Below are positions 62,050-64,000 of a DNA stretch of 64,000 bases, piece by piece. The position numbers and the translations under genes are program-made. Positions within the stretch are counted from its first letter, which is position 1; every line of letters starts with the position of its first letter. The DNA comes from Pavona decussata. Its lineage: Eukaryota. The notes under the pieces were generated by a model. The model was given only the letters and a program-made list of their open reading frames with translations, had not been told where the DNA came from and searched no databases. Location: contig CDRNST010000287.1 of the NCBI GenBank assembly GCA_977016875.1, forward strand, positions 434,001-498,000, written 5' to 3'.

Positions 62050-63380
62050 CAGTTCTGGTGCTGGTCTCAATTTCAAGTACGTTAGAGCATGATGGAAGGC
62101 ATATTCCCAGCATTAGAGAAGAGATAACGACAGACCAGTGGAAATCAGTCCTGCTGGTTCCAACAGTCATGTGACAATACTGGAGAAAAATTAATTCTGC
62201 ATCCAGATAATCACTGAGGATGGTCAACAGCAATGTCAATTCAACATAAAAGACAAAAATGATCGCAATTATCACATTGCCTGTCATCCATCAGGTGAAT
62301 ATGTCATTGTTGCCAAATGTGAACTACAAACATGGTCACAATTATCATACTGCCTGTCATCCAACAGGTGAACATGTTATCACTTCCAGTGCTGGTCTTA
62401 CTTTTGAGGTATGTTAGAGCATACTGGAGGAAAATTAATCCTACATCAAGATAATCACTGAGGATGGTGAACAGCAATGTCAATTCAACATAAAAGACAA
62501 AAAGCGAATGCAATTATCACATTGCCTGTCATCCATCAGGTGAATATGTCATTGTTGCCAGATGTGAACTACAAACATGGTCACAATTATCACACTGCCT
62601 GTCATCCAACAGGTGAACATGACATAACTTCCAGTGCTTCCAGTGCTTTGTGTATCTTTGCAAGTCCGAAGAATCTGCTGTTTACAAATTTGCCGACCTT
62701 TCTGAGCTCAATGCTCAATGGTGCTCTCAATTTTGAATTATGTTAAGCCTGGTTTACACGTACGACGCAAGCATAAGCATAAACACAAGTATAAGCACAA
62801 GAAACCTATGTGTAAACCGGTGCGACGCAAGCATAAGCGCCTTATGCTTATGCTTGCGTCGTCCTGGTTTACACGTACGACGCAAGCATAAGCACAAGTA
62901 CAAGAGAATGGAACAATTTCCATCCTCTTGTGCTTGTGCTTGTGTCATACGTGTAAACCAGGACGGTGCAAGCATCAGCACAAGCGCAAGGACATAAAAC
63001 TGAAAAACAGTGACAAGTTGACAGCGTATATTCTAGTTACTCATGCGTTGCCATTTGCAAAATGGTGGCAGCAAATTTTTATGCTTCTGCGCTTGCGTAT
63101 GTCACCTTATGCTTATGCTTATCGCATGTGTAAACATCCTTGTGCTAATGCTTGTGCTTATGCTTATGCTTGAGTCTTACGTGTAAACCAGGCTATAGAG
63201 CATACTGGAGGAAATTCAATCCTACTTCACTGAGGATGGTGAACAGCAATGTAAATTCAGCATAAAAGACAAAAAGCGAATGCAATTATCACATTGCCTG
63301 TCATTCAACAGGTGAACATGTCATCAGTTCTAGTGCTGGTCTCAATTTGAAGTACGTTAGAACATGATGGAGGACATGTA
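62050..63380 (+). repeat. Second array of the 55.5-kb satellite, interrupted by a MITE
   Basis: Same units as 55455-56315. The array resumes at ~63198 (GAGCATACTGGAGG). Confidence 0.9.
62746..63194. mobile_element. Harbinger/Tourist-like MITE
   Basis: AGCCTGGTTTACACGTA / TACGTGTAAACCAGGCT, with a TTA/ATA TSD (one mismatch). Internal GCATAAGC/GCTTATGC repeats. Confidence 0.85.
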
Positions 63381-63624
63381 TTAATCAAGCTTTATACATT
63401 TTTTTAACCTTTTCAGTATTAATTGTAAGTCTTTCAAAAAAAAACATTCAAATTATGTTCCCAGCATGTATCAATCAAAGCTTTTTATGCATTTTTTGTT
63501 TTACGTTTTCAATGTTTATTGTAAATCTTTCGAAAAATAATGATTCAAACATTGAACAAAATGTCCATAATTGTTCGCCTTAGGTTTAAATTACTATTTA
63601 CAAGGCAAAAAAAATCAAAAAAAG

Positions 63625-63966
63625 ATAAACAAACGTTTTCAACTGATCAGTCATTTTCAGGGTGAAAAGACTGTCCGCTTAAATTTGACATAGGTCAGTC
63701 ATATCTATTTGCTTAAGGGGGCATTACGGTTGGATTTTGTGAAAAATTCGAAAAGTTATGAGTTTTCATTGTTACTTCTCATTGCCTACTTGAATCCATC
63801 TAGTTTCAGAAAATATATTTACTTTTTGCCAACATAATCTTTTTCCCCTGAGAAATAAAAAAAATTTTTAAAAAAAAACAAACATTTTCGATTGATCAAA
63901 GTCATTTTCAGGGTGAAAAGACTGTCCCCTTAAATTCGACATAGGTCGGTCAAATGTATTTGCTTA
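63625..63966 (+). repeat. ~250-bp-period local duplication
   Basis: GTCATTTTCAGGGTGAAAAGACTGTCC.CTTAAATT.GACATAGGTC at 63650 and 63901. Confidence 0.75.
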
Positions 63967-64000
63967 CCGTGAAGTTGACGAAAAAACAAGTTTTTATTGT

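Noticed and set aside
62738-63173. Cys/Leu- and His/Lys-rich ORFs
   Set aside because: Artefacts of the hexamer repeats within the MITE.

Overview
AT-rich eukaryotic genomic DNA with spliceosomal introns. The repeat content suggests a cnidarian such as a stony coral, which is an inference. I find no conventional host gene. The window is a dense nest of mostly decayed DNA transposons: two Harbinger elements (one apparently intact at 33827-37086), a full-length ISL2EU element (5399-12104), two MULE-like transposases, Sola1 (two copies), Kolobok, a Zator-like transposase with a spliced PHD finger, and KDZ/CxC5, Tc1-like and hAT remnants. There are also three LINE 3' fragments, tRNA-derived SINE heads in tandem, many MITEs with readable TIRs and TSDs, and minisatellites. 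The most interesting signals are accessory domains on the transposons: a multi-exon Ulp1/SUMO-protease gene leading into a MULE transposase, a USP-like module inside the ISL2EU element, and the PHD on the Zator-like transposase, whose terminus matches a MITE family. An unexplained block of small, closely spaced ORF remnants at about 15.1-17.2 kb and a degenerate hammerhead ribozyme core also deserve checking. Family assignments come from recalled motifs, not database searches.
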